A stretch of 32,000 nucleotides of DNA from Halomicrobium mukohataei DSM 12286 (GCF_000023965.1 NC_013202.1:750001-782000), one strand, 5' to 3'. Numbered from the stretch's first letter, positions 15,531-25,709 are shown. Numbers and translations: made by a program. The notes: generated from the letters alone by a model not told the origin.

Positions 15531-15781
15531 TGTCATCGAACGGTCCCCCAACCGGGAGCGACACCCCGGCAGTCGGACTCGAACGGTCGGACGCCGTCGG
15601 AACGGTCCACCAGCTCGAACGGCGGCTGCTCCGTGAGCGGATCGAACACCTGGAGGCGAAGCTGTCGCGTGAACGGCGACAGCGCCAGCAGATCGTCGAG
15701 CAGTACGAGCGGCTACTGGACGAGGAACGGACGAGAGCGGAAGGCGAGAGCGGCGAGGGGCTGTTCGAGAAGCTGTTGTGA
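15530..15781 (+). CDS. small coiled-coil hypothetical protein (83 aa)
   Basis: The product is MSSNGPPTGSDTPAVGLERSDAVGTVHQLERRLLRERIEHLEAKLSRERRQRQQIVEQYERLLDEERTRAEGESGEGLFEKLL. GC3 is high and the charged heptad-like region fits a coiled coil. The GTG-extended version from 15464 would translate the CA repeat as THIHTHTH and is considered less likely. Confidence 0.5.
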   Translation: MSSNGPPTGSDTPAVGLERSDAVGTVHQLERRLLRERIEHLEAKLSRERRQRQQIVEQYERLLDEERTRAEGESGEGLFEKLL

Positions 15782-15787
15782 GGGGCG

Positions 15788-17377
15788 CTATTCGCCGTTG
15801 TCCAGCGAGATGTACTTCGTCTCGATGATCCGGTCGTCGCCGTTGAGTCGGTCGAGCACGTCGCTCGTCGGGGGCTCGTCGAGGTTGTACACCGACAGGG
15901 CTTCGCCGCCGATGACCTCGCGGCCGTTGAACATCCCGGCGATGTTGATGTCGGACTCGCCCAGCACGGTCCCGATGAAGCCGATCGTCCCCGGTTCGTC
16001 GCGGTTGCGAGCGACGAGCATGTGACCGTGGGGGACGGCGTCGACGCGGTGGTCGTCGATCCGGACGATCCGCGGGTCTTCGCCGGCAAACTGGGTCCCA
16101 CAGACGCTGACGCTGTCTTCGCCGTCGCCGACGGTCACCGTCACGAGGCTCTGGAAGTCCTCGGACTGGCGAGTCTTGGACTCGGTCACGTCGATACCGC
16201 GGTTCTCCGCGATCTGGGGGGCGTTGACCGCGTTGACCTGCAGCTCCGACGGTGCGAACACGCCTTTCAGCGCGCTGGCGGTGACCAGTTCCACGTCCTG
16301 GTCCGCGATGTCGCCCGCGTAGGTGACTTCGACGCTGCCCATCTGTCCGTCGAACAGCTGGACGGCGATCTTGCCGGCCGTGTCGGCCAGTTCGATGTAG
16401 GGGCGGATCTGCGGGAAGATGCTCTCGTCGATCGACGGCGCGTTCAGCGCATTGATCACCGGCTCGTCGTTGAACGCGGCGACGATCTGGTCGGCCGTCG
16501 AGGTGGCGACGTTCTCCTGTGCGGCCTCGGTGGAGGCCCCGAGGTGGGGCGTGACGATGATGTCTTCGACATCCAGCAGCGGGCTGTCGTCTGGTAGCGG
16601 CTCCTCCGCGAACACGTCGACGGCAGCGCCTTTGAGGATGCCGTCCTCGACGGCCTCGGCGAGCGCTAGCTCGTCGATAATCCCACCGCGGGCGCAGTTG
16701 ACGACGTAGCCGTCTTCGAGCTGTGCGAGCTCCTCCTCGCCGATCATGTTCTCGGTCTCGGGGGTCAGCGGCGTGTGGATCGTGAGGAAGTCGGCGGCGG
16801 CGAGACACTCGTCCAGCTCGTCGACGAGTTCCGCGCCGAACTGGTCCGCTCGCTCCTGGCTGATGTAGGGATCGAAGGTGACGATGTCCATCCCGAGACT
16901 GCCCAGTCGCTTGGCGACCTCCTGGCCGACGCGGCCGAAGCCGACGACGCCCAGCGTCTTGTGGTTGACCTCGGTGCCGAGGTAGTCGCCTTTCGCCCAC
17001 TCCCCGCCGGTGAGCCGTTCGTGGGCCTGCGGAATCGAACGCGCCGTCGCGAAGGCCATCGCCACGGAGTGTTCGGCCGCGGCCCGGACGTTGCCTTCCG
17101 GGGCGTTGGCGACGATGACGCCGTGTTCGGTCGCGGCGTCGATATCGATGTTGTCGACGCCGATACCGGCCCGGCCGACGATGACCAGGTCCGGTGCCGC
17201 CGACAGCACCTCGTCGGTCACCTCGGTGCCGGAGCGGACGATCAGTGCGTTGGCGTCGGCGACGGCCTCTAACAGCGCGTCACCCTCGATGTCGTACGCC
17301 GTCTCGACTTCGTGGCCCGCTTCGCGGAGCCGTTCGAGACCCGCGTCTGCGATGGGGTCTGTCACGAGTACCTTCAT
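15788..17377 (-). CDS. serA: D-3-phosphoglycerate dehydrogenase (long form with ASB and ACT domains)
   Basis: Start was moved to MKVLVTDPIADAGLERL (ATG 17377). It has the NAD-binding GVVGFGRVGQEVA, the 2-hydroxyacid dehydrogenase catalytic region NCARGGIIDE...TPHLGAST, and a ~200-aa C-terminal regulatory extension. Confidence 0.92.
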   Translation of the reverse strand: MKVLVTDPIADAGLERLREAGHEVETAYDIEGDALLEAVADANALIVRSGTEVTDEVLSAAPDLVIVGRAGIGVDNIDIDAATEHGVIVANAPEGNVRAAAEHSVAMAFATARSIPQAHERLTGGEWAKGDYLGTEVNHKTLGVVGFGRVGQEVAKRLGSLGMDIVTFDPYISQERADQFGAELVDELDECLAAADFLTIHTPLTPETENMIGEEELAQLEDGYVVNCARGGIIDELALAEAVEDGILKGAAVDVFAEEPLPDDSPLLDVEDIIVTPHLGASTEAAQENVATSTADQIVAAFNDEPVINALNAPSIDESIFPQIRPYIELADTAGKIAVQLFDGQMGSVEVTYAGDIADQDVELVTASALKGVFAPSELQVNAVNAPQIAENRGIDVTESKTRQSEDFQSLVTVTVGDGEDSVSVCGTQFAGEDPRIVRIDDHRVDAVPHGHMLVARNRDEPGTIGFIGTVLGESDINIAGMFNGREVIGGEALSVYNLDEPPTSDVLDRLNGDDRIIETKYISLDNGE

Positions 17378-17558
17378 ACCCTCTCGATTCGCGCCGTCGG
17401 GGATAACGTTTGTTTTCTCACCGCGACGCAGATGACACAATAGACACACCACCGTCTCCCCCTCGAATTCGCTCGCTGCGCTCGCGGACTACTCACACGG
17501 AAAGAGGTACTAGTGAGCGAAGTGATCGAAAAGCCGTCGGTACCGCGAACTGCGTCGT

Positions 17559-17726
17559 CTACCGCCAGGCAGGCAGCGAGGCGGCGTCTTCGAGATCGAG
17601 CGTGAGGTAGGCGTCGTCGGTCGTTACGTCCGCGATGATGTACGTATCCGTCTGGCCGTGTTCGACGGAACCCATGACTTCTGCGTCCGCTGCCACCTCC
17701 GCTTTGGCGACCGTGTCCGGCTCCAT
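17559..17726 (-). CDS. small acidic hypothetical protein (55 aa)
   Basis: The product is MEPDTVAKAEVAADAEVMGSVEHGQTDTYIIADVTTDDAYLTLDLEDAASLPAWR. GC3 is high from this ATG onward, but falls to about 50% (24 of 48 codons counted by eye) in the upstream in-frame extension, so the shorter form is preferred. Confidence 0.45.
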   Translation of the reverse strand: MEPDTVAKAEVAADAEVMGSVEHGQTDTYIIADVTTDDAYLTLDLEDAASLPAWR

Positions 17727-17970
17727 GCATGACAATATGTAACAACCACATATAAACGTGCCGAAACCGACGGACGAAGCCGGGAATATGGTTAGTAAGC
17801 GAACAACAAAAGCGGCGATAGTGTCCTCTTCTAGACCTGGGAGGCGTCGAAGGCCGTAGTGAGTGGTCATATTTTGTTCTCCGCGTGTGCGTGCCGGGGG
17901 TCGGTGGGAGTCGCCGTCCCGGAGAAGCCGAAGGGCAGGACTTAGTACGTGGGACGGGACAAGGGATAGT

Positions 17971-18816
17971 ATGAACGTCGCAGACGCCATGACGCCGCGC
18001 TCGGACGTCGTCACCGTCGAGATTCCGGGCACTCGTGACGACGTACTCGAGTACCTCCAGGAACGCTCTTTCTCCTCCGTACCGGTCATCAAGCAGACCG
18101 ACGACGGCGAGGAGTTCCGTGGCATCGTCTCGCGTGACGCCCTGATCAACCACCCCGACGAGGACCAGCTCGCGCTCCTGACCGAGGAGGTTCCCACCGT
18201 CACCGCCGACACCAGTATCCAGGCGGTCGCGGCCCTGATGGTCGAGGAGCGAGCCCGCCGGATCCCCGTCGTCGACGGTCGCCTCGAAGGGATCATCACC
18301 GTCACGGACGTGATCCGGGCCATCGCCACCGGCGACGTCGACGGTGCGACCAGCGTCGACGAGCTGGCCCGCCGAGACGTGAACTGCGTCTACGCCGGGA
18401 CGCCGCTGACGGTCGCCGAACGCGAACTCGACTACGCGGAGGTCCCCTACGGCGTCGTGCTGGGCGACGAGGGAGAGATGTGTGGCATGCTCACCGAGGT
18501 CGACATCATCGACGTGGCCCGCGTGGTCGAAGGCGAGGCCGAGACGGGCGAGAACATGGCCAGTGACGACGACGACTGGAAGTGGGAGAGCGTCAAGGCC
18601 GTCGGGAGCCGCTACATGCCCACCCGCAACGTCGAGATCCCACACGAGCCCGTCCGAGCGTTCATGACCGAAGACGTGCTGACGGTCAGCAAGCGCGAGA
18701 CGGCCAGAGACGCCGCACAGCTGATGATCGACGCCGAGATCGAGCAGATCCCGCTGGTCTCGGGCGACGACCTCGTGGGCATCGTCCGGGACATGGATCT
18801 GCTGGAGGGCCTATGA
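17971..18816 (+). CDS. CBS domain-containing protein (two CBS pairs)
   Basis: Start is at MNVADAMTPRSDVVTV. The CBS pattern is repeated (VPVIK...GIVSRDALI; RIPVVDG.LEGIITVTDVI; YGVVLGDEGEMCGMLTEVDII; QIPLVSGDDLVGIVRDMDLL). There is an ATGA overlap with glyS. Confidence 0.85.
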   Translation: MNVADAMTPRSDVVTVEIPGTRDDVLEYLQERSFSSVPVIKQTDDGEEFRGIVSRDALINHPDEDQLALLTEEVPTVTADTSIQAVAALMVEERARRIPVVDGRLEGIITVTDVIRAIATGDVDGATSVDELARRDVNCVYAGTPLTVAERELDYAEVPYGVVLGDEGEMCGMLTEVDIIDVARVVEGEAETGENMASDDDDWKWESVKAVGSRYMPTRNVEIPHEPVRAFMTEDVLTVSKRETARDAAQLMIDAEIEQIPLVSGDDLVGIVRDMDLLEGL

Positions 18817-20582
18817 GCGACGGCGGCGACCTCGTCGAGTTGGCCAAGCGCAGGGGCTTTTTCCTGCAGTCGGCCGGGGCGTACGGCGGCGTCTCGGGGT
18901 TCTACACCTTCGGTCCCTCCGGGGCCGCGCTCAAACAGAACATCGAGGATACCTGGCGCAACCGCTTTGCGATCCAGGAGGGCAACATGGAGGTCGACGC
19001 CCCGACCGTGATGCCAGAGCCCGTCTTCGAGGCCTCGGGCCACCTCGATGGCTTCGACGACATGCTCGTGGAGTGCCCGGAGTGTGGCGAGAGCCACCGG
19101 GCCGACCACATCGTCGAGGACAACACCGACATCGAGGAGGCCGAGTCGATCCCGGTCGCCGAGGTCGAGGAGCTGATCGCCGAGTACGAACTCGTCTGTC
19201 CGACCTGTGGCACCGGGCTGGCCGGCCAGGCCATCGAGGACTTCAACCTCATGTTCGAGACGAACATCGGCCCCGGCTCCGCCGATCCGGGCTATCTGCG
19301 CCCCGAGACCGCCCAGGGCATCTTCATCGAATTCCCACAGCTCGCGGAGTACGCCCGCAACCAGCTTCCCTTCGGCGTCACACAGATCGGCCGGGCCTAC
19401 CGCAACGAGATCAGCCCGCGCAAGTCCCTGCTGCGAGTCCGGGAGTTCACCCAGGCCGAGCTCGAGCTGTTCGTCGATCCCGAGGAAGACGAGCCGGCAC
19501 TCGAAGCGGTCGCGGACGTGACCGCTCCGTTCTACCCCGCCGCCGATCAGGAGGCCGCGGACGGCCAGCCCTACGAGGCCACGATCCGCGAGGTCGTCGA
19601 CGACGGCGTCGTCGGCAAGCCATGGATCGCCTACTACCTCGGCGTCGCCAAGCAGTGGTACGAGTCGATCGGCGTCGACATGGACCGCTTTCGCTTCCGC
19701 CAGCACCTCTCGGGCGAGCGAGCCCACTACGCCGCGGACTGCTGGGACGCCGAAGCGGAGGTCGACGGCGACTGGATCGAACTGGGCGGCTTCGCCTACC
19801 GATCCGACTACGACCTCTCGAAACACGACAGCTACTCCGACGAGGAGTTCACGGTCTTCAAGCAGTACGACGAGCCGGTCACCGTCGAGCGAGCGACGGT
19901 CGACCCGGACATGAGCTACCTCGGACCGGAGTTTGGCGGCTCGGCCGGCGCGGTCGCCGACGCCCTCGAAGCACTCGCCGAGCGCGATCCCGACGCCTTC
20001 GACGAATCGGAGGTCGTCGTCGAGGTCGACGGCGAGTCACACGCGGTCCCCGTCGAGAAGACCAACTTCGGCGTCGAGGAAGTCATCGAGTCGGGCGAAC
20101 ACATCACGCCCCACGTCGTCGAGCCCTCGCTGGGTATCGACCGGGCGCTGTACACGGCGCTGGATCACTCCTATCGCGAGGACGAGGTCGACGGCGAGGA
20201 ACGCACCTATCTGGCACTGCCACAGGAAGTCGCGCCGACGACCGTCGGCGTCTTCCCGCTGATGGACCGAGACGGCATGGGCGAGTACGCTCGCGACCTC
20301 GTCGAGAAGCTGCGCGCGGCCGGCCTGGCCGTGACCTACGACGATTCGGGCGCGATCGGCCGACGCTACCGCCGCCAGGACGAGGTCGGCACGCCGTTCT
20401 GTGTCACCGTCGACTACGCGACGCTCGGGGAGGCCCGCGACGACGAGGGCGAACCGGCAGCGCCAGACACCGTCACGGTCCGCGAGCGAGATACGACGGC
20501 ACAGAAACGCGTTCCGGTCGCCGATCTCCCCGAGACGCTGACGGCGCTCCGGGACGGCGAGCGCACCTTCGACGACCTGTAG
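18813..20582 (+). CDS. glyS: glycine--tRNA ligase (archaeal/eukaryotic-type class II)
   Basis: Start is at MSDGGDLVELAKRRGFFLQSAGAYGGVSGFYTFGPSGAALKQNIE. It has class II motifs YLRPETAQGIF and GRAYRNEISPR, and a C-terminal anticodon-binding domain (VGVFPL...GAIGRRYRRQDEVGTPFCVTVD). Confidence 0.93.
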   Translation: MSDGGDLVELAKRRGFFLQSAGAYGGVSGFYTFGPSGAALKQNIEDTWRNRFAIQEGNMEVDAPTVMPEPVFEASGHLDGFDDMLVECPECGESHRADHIVEDNTDIEEAESIPVAEVEELIAEYELVCPTCGTGLAGQAIEDFNLMFETNIGPGSADPGYLRPETAQGIFIEFPQLAEYARNQLPFGVTQIGRAYRNEISPRKSLLRVREFTQAELELFVDPEEDEPALEAVADVTAPFYPAADQEAADGQPYEATIREVVDDGVVGKPWIAYYLGVAKQWYESIGVDMDRFRFRQHLSGERAHYAADCWDAEAEVDGDWIELGGFAYRSDYDLSKHDSYSDEEFTVFKQYDEPVTVERATVDPDMSYLGPEFGGSAGAVADALEALAERDPDAFDESEVVVEVDGESHAVPVEKTNFGVEEVIESGEHITPHVVEPSLGIDRALYTALDHSYREDEVDGEERTYLALPQEVAPTTVGVFPLMDRDGMGEYARDLVEKLRAAGLAVTYDDSGAIGRRYRRQDEVGTPFCVTVDYATLGEARDDEGEPAAPDTVTVRERDTTAQKRVPVADLPETLTALRDGERTFDDL

Positions 20583-21155
20583 ATGGCCGACGAGATCGCC
20601 AGGCGACTCGTCCACGCGAGCGGGACCGGGCTGCCGGCACTGCACCTGCTGGAACTGACGGACTGGCGGACCGTCCAGTACCTGCTGGTGGTGGGCGCGG
20701 CGGTCGGGCTCGCACTGGAGGTGATCCGCCTGGTGGTCGGCCTCGACTGGGCCATCTACGACCGGCTCACCCGCGAGTACGAGCAGGACAACCTCGCCGG
20801 CTACGCGCTCTATCTCGTCAGCGCCGCCGCCGTCGGTCTGCTCGCACCAGAACACGTCGCGATCCCGGCGATCCTGATGCTGACGATCGGCGATCCGATC
20901 AGCGGACTGCTGAGCTCGGGGAGCCTGACCAAAGAGACCTACGTCCTGCTGGCGATGTTCGGCGTCTGTACCGGGATCGCCTCGTTTTTCGTCCACTGGG
21001 TGCCCGCGGTGCTCGGCGGCCTGGCCGCGACCGCGGCCGACGGCCTCAAGCCCGTGATTTGGGGGTACGTACTGGACGACAATCTGACGATTCCACCGGC
21101 GGCGGCCGTCGCGATGGTCGCCGGGATGGAGCTGATGGCGACCCTCTCGCTGTAG
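20583..21155 (+). CDS. polytopic membrane protein, dolichol/polyprenol kinase-like (tentative)
   Basis: The 190-aa product has about 5-6 TM helices. The pattern EIARRLVHASG...TIGDPISG resembles CTP-dependent polyprenol kinase family proteins. It starts immediately after the glyS stop. The family assignment is from memory only. Confidence 0.5.
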   Translation: MADEIARRLVHASGTGLPALHLLELTDWRTVQYLLVVGAAVGLALEVIRLVVGLDWAIYDRLTREYEQDNLAGYALYLVSAAAVGLLAPEHVAIPAILMLTIGDPISGLLSSGSLTKETYVLLAMFGVCTGIASFFVHWVPAVLGGLAATAADGLKPVIWGYVLDDNLTIPPAAAVAMVAGMELMATLSL

Positions 21156-21160
21156 TCGGC

Positions 21161-22372
21161 CTACCGATCCAGCAACGGAACGAGCCGGCCGGTGATGGCG
21201 TCGGCGTACTGGACCAAGACCGTCCCGAGGACGCTCATGACGAGCACGTAGCCCACGGCGAAGGCCGTGACGACCGGTGCGAAATCGGCGAGGGAGTCGT
21301 TCCCCGAACCGGCCGCGCTGACCACCAGCGCGGCGATGATCAGCGAGAACTCGCCGCGAGAGATCAGCGCCAGCCCGGTCCGCAGCGACCGGGTCGGCGA
21401 GAGCCCGTAGATCCGACCCGAGATCGCGCCGCTTGTGAGTTTCGTCACCGTCGTCGCGACCACGGCGACGGCCAGCAGTCCCGCGACGCCAGCAAGCAGC
21501 GTCACGTCCGTCTGTAACCCGATCGAGAAGAAGAAAAACGCCGCAAAGAGGTCCCGAGTGGGTGCGATCACGTGTTCGATGCGCTCGGTATGGCTCGTCT
21601 GACTGAACGCTGTCCCGACGAAGAAGGCGGCGACGGCCTCGCTCACGCCGATCGAGAGCGCTACACCGGCGATCAGCGTCGCGGTCCCCACCACCGACAG
21701 GAGGAACAGCTCGTCGGAGGGGAGATCGAACGTCGCCTCGACGAATCGGGTCGCGTACCACGCCACGAGAGCGAGCCCCCCCAGGAAGGCGAAGGCGACG
21801 CCCACGTCGACGACGGCCCCGGAGAGCCCGCCGGTCCCGGTGACGAGCGCAGCGACGACCGCCAGATACACCGCGATCAGGATGTCTTCGAAGACGAGCG
21901 TCCCCAGCACCGGATCGGCTTCGGGGTTCGCGATCCACCCCTGCTCGATCAGGGTCTTGGTGACGATCGCACTCGAAGAGATGTAGACGATTCCAGCGAG
22001 CAGGACCGTCTCCAGTAGCGTCCGACCGAACGCCAGCCCGATGGCGACACCGATCCCGAAGTTCAGCAGGAAATCGACGGCTCCGGCACTGGCGATCCGG
22101 CGGCGGTCGTCCAGCAACTGACCGACGCTGAACTCCAGCCCGAGGAAAAAGAGCAGCACGACGATCCCAAGCTCGGCGGCCAGTTCGACGAACTCTCCGT
22201 AGCCGACGATCTGGAGCGAGAGCCCAGCCACCTCTGTCGGCGGGTTCGGACCGACGAGAATGCCGACGAGGATGTACGCGGGGATCACCGACAGCGAAAG
22301 TCGGTTGGCAGCGATACCGGCAAGCGCGAGTGCGACGAGTGCGACGCCGAGTTCGACGAGCAGTGCCGCCAT
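21161..22372 (-). CDS. cation:proton antiporter (CPA2 / Kef-type)
   Basis: The 403-aa product has about 12 TM helices. Its N-terminus LSLSVIPAYILVGILVGPN and overall Na+/H+-exchanger-family pattern support the call. It lies directly downstream of a TrkA-C regulatory subunit gene. Confidence 0.85.
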   Translation of the reverse strand: MAALLVELGVALVALALAGIAANRLSLSVIPAYILVGILVGPNPPTEVAGLSLQIVGYGEFVELAAELGIVVLLFFLGLEFSVGQLLDDRRRIASAGAVDFLLNFGIGVAIGLAFGRTLLETVLLAGIVYISSSAIVTKTLIEQGWIANPEADPVLGTLVFEDILIAVYLAVVAALVTGTGGLSGAVVDVGVAFAFLGGLALVAWYATRFVEATFDLPSDELFLLSVVGTATLIAGVALSIGVSEAVAAFFVGTAFSQTSHTERIEHVIAPTRDLFAAFFFFSIGLQTDVTLLAGVAGLLAVAVVATTVTKLTSGAISGRIYGLSPTRSLRTGLALISRGEFSLIIAALVVSAAGSGNDSLADFAPVVTAFAVGYVLVMSVLGTVLVQYADAITGRLVPLLDR

Positions 22373-22861
22373 CTATGCGTCCAGCAGTTCCTCGAACTCG
22401 TGCTGTTGCTCGCGGGTGCCGAGCACGACGAGCGTGTCGCCCGCACGCACCGTCTCGGTCGCTTCGGGGTTCGCGATCGTCTCCTCCCCGCGCTGGATCG
22501 CCACGACCGAGACACCGATCGCCTCTCGGAGGTTCGACTCAGCGAGCGTCTCGCCCACGATCGGAGGCCCCTCGTCGAGATCGGCGATATCGTACCACTC
22601 GATCAGCGAATCACCCAGCGGGACCTGGACCTCGTCGAGATCGACCGGCTGGAAGTGTGCCCCTTCGAGGATCGAGCCGAACTGCCGGGCCTGCTTGTCC
22701 GACAGCGAGAACAGCCGCTCGCTGTCGGCGTCCGGATCGGGCCGACGGTACACGTCCCGCTTACCGTCGTGGTGGATGATGACGACGAGGCGCTCCTCGC
22801 CGTCGATTTCGAGCTCGAACTTGTGTCCGACACCGGGCACCTCGGTCTCGTAGATCGTCAT
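22373..22861 (-). CDS. K+/H+ antiporter regulatory subunit (KhtT-like, TrkA-C/RCK_C domain)
   Basis: The 162-aa product has an N-terminal small beta domain (TEVPGVGHKFELEIDGEERLVVIIHHDGKRDVY). Its C-terminal TrkA-C pattern is GETLAESNLREAIGVSVVAIQRGEETIANPEATETVRAGDTLVVLG. Its stop abuts the antiporter ATG (TAGATG). Confidence 0.8.
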   Translation of the reverse strand: MTIYETEVPGVGHKFELEIDGEERLVVIIHHDGKRDVYRRPDPDADSERLFSLSDKQARQFGSILEGAHFQPVDLDEVQVPLGDSLIEWYDIADLDEGPPIVGETLAESNLREAIGVSVVAIQRGEETIANPEATETVRAGDTLVVLGTREQQHEFEELLDA

Positions 22862-22960
22862 AGCGGTGGTTGGGTCGTGGGGTGCTTAATGCTGCAGGAC
22901 GCTCCACTTTCACCGCGGTACGCGAACGCTTAAACAGATTCCCGGCCAAAACCCGGACAG

Positions 22961-25516
22961 ATGGCCCAGTCCGACGCCGATCCGGGGAGCACCGACGGCC
23001 ACGTCGATCACCCGCTGGTGACGCCGGGACTACTCGAACAGCGGCGCTACCAGCGCGAGCTGGCCGATACGGCGCTGGCCGACCACACGCTGGTCTGTCT
23101 CCCGACCGGCCTGGGCAAGACGACGGTCTCCTTGCTCGTGACCGCCGAACGGATACAGGACGCGCAGTGGAAGTCCCTCCTGCTCGCGCCGACGAAGCCG
23201 CTCGTCCAGCAACACGCCGAGTTCTACCGGGAGGCCCTGCAGGTGCCCGACGACGAGATCGTCGTGTTCACCGGCGAGGTCCGGCCAGCCAAGCGGTCGG
23301 ACCTCTGGGAAGACGCCCGCGTCGTCATCGCGACGCCGCAGGTCGTCGAGAACGACCTCGTGGGCAACCGGATCTCCCTGGCGAACGTGACCCACTGTAC
23401 CTTCGACGAGTGTCACCGCGCGACCGGCGACTACGCCTACAACTACATCGCCGAGCGCTACCACGAGGACGCATCGGATCCGCTCGTGACGGCGATGTCG
23501 GCCTCGCCGGGCGGCGACGAGGAGGAGATCCTGACGGTGTGTGAGAACCTCGGCCTGCGTGAGGTGGCGGTGATGACCGAGGACGACGCCGACGTGGCCG
23601 AACACACCCACGACACCGAACTCGAGTGGAAGCGCATCGAGTTGCCCGAGACCGTCATCGAGATACGGGACGCGATCAACGAGGTCGTCAGCGACCGGCT
23701 CGCACAGCTCAAAGAGCTGGGCGTCACCTCGACCACCCAGCCCGACGTGTCCGAGCGCGAGATCCAGAAGATCCAGGGGAAGCTGTCCGAGCTGATGGAC
23801 AACGACCAGAGCGAGGGGTACAGCGGGATGAGCCTGCTCGCCGAGGTCCGAAAGCTCCGCACGGCCGTCACCTACGCCGAGACCCAGAGCGTCGAGGCGC
23901 TGCGTCGGTACTTCGAGCGCCAGAAGGAGGCCGCCCGCTCGTCGGGAGCCTCCAAGGCCGACCAGCGACTCGTCTCGGACCCGACGGTGATGGAGGCCAT
24001 GCGGAAAGCCGAGAACTTCACCGACCTCCACCCGAAGTTCCGCCGGACCCGGATGTTGCTGGCCGAGACGCTGGGCATCGAGAACGGCGAGCGCGTCATC
24101 GTCTTCACCGAGTCCAGAGACACCGCCGAGACGCTGACCGACTTCCTCTCCGATCACTTCGAGACCGAGAAGTTCGTCGGCCAGAGCGACACAGAGGGCA
24201 GCGAGGGGATGACACAGACCCAGCAACAGGAGACACTCGACCGGTTCCGAGCCGGAGAGTTCGAGGTGCTGGTCTCGACCAGCGTCGCCGAGGAGGGACT
24301 GGACGTGCCCGAAGTGGACCTCGTGTTGTTCTACGAGCCCGTCCCGACGGCGATCCGCTCGATCCAGCGCAAAGGACGGACCGGCCGCCAGACCGAGGGT
24401 CGCGTCGTCGTCCTGCTGGCCGAGGACACCCGCGACGAGGCGTACTTCTGGAAGTCCCGACAGGACGAGCAGCGCATGGAGGACGAACTCCGCACGCTGA
24501 AGGGCGTCGCCGGCCAGCTAGAGTCGAAACTGGGGGGTGAGCAGACTGGCGTCGACGAGTACGACGACGGCCAGACCGACCGAGAGCGCGGCGAAGAACC
24601 CGGAGGAGACGGTCTCGACGGGGACGAAGGTACCACTTCGAGTGGAAACGGCGGCGGTCCGTCCGACGCCGAGCGCCAGCCCTCGGAAGCGTCGAACACG
24701 GGCGAACGATCCGAAGCCGACGGCCAGACGGCCGACGGTGACGGACAGGCCGGTCTCGACGCCTTCGCCGACGACGGCGCGACGGGAGCGGACGAAGATG
24801 AGACAGCCGGCGTTCCAGACGAAACGAAGGGGTCGACGCCGGAGCCACACGCCGACGGCGACGAAACCGTCGCGATCGTCGCCGATCAGCGAGAACTCGA
24901 CTCGACGATCGCACGCGATCTCTCGACCCGCGAGGGCGTCCAGACGGAACTGGAGACGCTGGCGGTCGGGGACTACGTGCTCTCGGATCGGGTCGTGGTC
25001 GAGCGCAAGACCGTCAGCGACTTCCTCGATACGCTGACCGGCGGCGACCGCTCGATGTTCGAGCAGGTCGGCGACGCCACCCGTCACTACGCCCGCCCCG
25101 TCGTCGTGATCGAAGGCGGCGACCTCTACGGCGAACGCAACGTCCACCACAAGGCGATTCAGGGCGCACTGGCCTCACTCTCGGTCGACTTCGGCGCGAG
25201 CGTCCTCCAGACGGCCGACGAAGAGGAGACCGCGGACCTGCTGGAGACGATCGCCCGGCGCGAACAGGAGGAGTCCGACCGCGAAGTCAGCGTCCACGGC
25301 GAGAAGCAGGCCAAGACACTCGGGGAACAGCAGGAGTACGTCGTCGCGTCGGTGGCGGAGGTCGGCCCCGTCACGGCGCGGGCGCTACTCGAACACTTCG
25401 GGAGCGTCGAGGCCGTTATGACCGCCGACGAAGACGAGCTGATGGACGTCGACGGCGTCGGCGAGGTGACGGCCGAGCGGTTTCGGGACGTGGTCGGCAG
25501 CGAGTTCGAGCAGTGA
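22961..25516 (+). CDS. hef: Hef helicase/nuclease (DEAH helicase plus ERCC4/XPF nuclease plus HhH2)
   Basis: It has Walker A LPTGLGKT, the DEAH-box variant FDECH, SASPG, and helicase C motifs (VSTSVAEEGLDVPEVDLV, QRKGRTGR). A long acidic low-complexity linker follows. The ERCC4 nuclease motif is GDYVLSDRVVVERKTVSDF, and C-terminal helix-hairpin-helix repeats are present (VGPVTARALLEHFGS...VDGVGEVTAERF). Confidence 0.92.
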   Translation: MAQSDADPGSTDGHVDHPLVTPGLLEQRRYQRELADTALADHTLVCLPTGLGKTTVSLLVTAERIQDAQWKSLLLAPTKPLVQQHAEFYREALQVPDDEIVVFTGEVRPAKRSDLWEDARVVIATPQVVENDLVGNRISLANVTHCTFDECHRATGDYAYNYIAERYHEDASDPLVTAMSASPGGDEEEILTVCENLGLREVAVMTEDDADVAEHTHDTELEWKRIELPETVIEIRDAINEVVSDRLAQLKELGVTSTTQPDVSEREIQKIQGKLSELMDNDQSEGYSGMSLLAEVRKLRTAVTYAETQSVEALRRYFERQKEAARSSGASKADQRLVSDPTVMEAMRKAENFTDLHPKFRRTRMLLAETLGIENGERVIVFTESRDTAETLTDFLSDHFETEKFVGQSDTEGSEGMTQTQQQETLDRFRAGEFEVLVSTSVAEEGLDVPEVDLVLFYEPVPTAIRSIQRKGRTGRQTEGRVVVLLAEDTRDEAYFWKSRQDEQRMEDELRTLKGVAGQLESKLGGEQTGVDEYDDGQTDRERGEEPGGDGLDGDEGTTSSGNGGGPSDAERQPSEASNTGERSEADGQTADGDGQAGLDAFADDGATGADEDETAGVPDETKGSTPEPHADGDETVAIVADQRELDSTIARDLSTREGVQTELETLAVGDYVLSDRVVVERKTVSDFLDTLTGGDRSMFEQVGDATRHYARPVVVIEGGDLYGERNVHHKAIQGALASLSVDFGASVLQTADEEETADLLETIARREQEESDREVSVHGEKQAKTLGEQQEYVVASVAEVGPVTARALLEHFGSVEAVMTADEDELMDVDGVGEVTAERFRDVVGSEFEQ

Positions 25517-25595
25517 TTCGCCCAGCGAGCGCGTTCGTGCGCGAGCAGCGGATCACTGCGAGAGAGGACTGATTCGCCCAGCGACCGCGTTCGTG
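25514..25595. repeat. 26-bp direct repeat x2 (period 56 bp) at and after the hef stop codon
   Basis: Copy 1 (25514-25539) is tgattcgcccagcgaGcgcgttcgtg. Copy 2 (25570-25595) is tgattcgcccagcgaCcgcgttcgtg. They differ at 1 position. CAGTGAT (25511-25517) is also complementary to ATCACTG (25552-25558). Confidence 0.85.
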
Positions 25596-25709
25596 TACGC
25601 GCAACACGACGAACAGAGGGCTCGGAGCACCGTGACATTTCGGCTGAGCTATACGTAAGTTAGGCTTATTGTCGTTTGGTCTGGAGTTGGACGCGGGGGT
25701 CACGAGAGC

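Noticed and set aside
17727-17970. 244-bp intergenic region between the divergent small ORF and the CBS gene, with an ATATGT-N7-ACATAT palindrome. It was considered as a possible ncRNA gene.
   Set aside because: No recognisable RNA family features (SRP, RNase P, tRNA, riboswitch) could be identified by eye. It is probably just a divergent promoter region. An Rfam scan would be needed to say more.
19073-21517. Very long ORFs in the track that overlap well-supported genes. Examples: 19073..21517 + (814 aa), 20037..21938 - (633 aa), 15504..17000 - (498 aa), 13182..14573 + (463 aa), 26554..27930 + (458 aa), 17374..18645 - (423 aa), 18612..19826 - (404 aa), 23030..24226 - (398 aa), 1752..2900 - (382 aa), 10507..11592 - (361 aa).
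   Set aside because: Their products are extremely Arg/Pro/Gly-rich and basic, unlike the acidic haloarchaeal proteome. They lie out of frame or antisense to genes with clear catalytic motifs (glyS, serA, hef, thrC, ABC genes, mdh). These are classic shadow ORFs of high-GC DNA.
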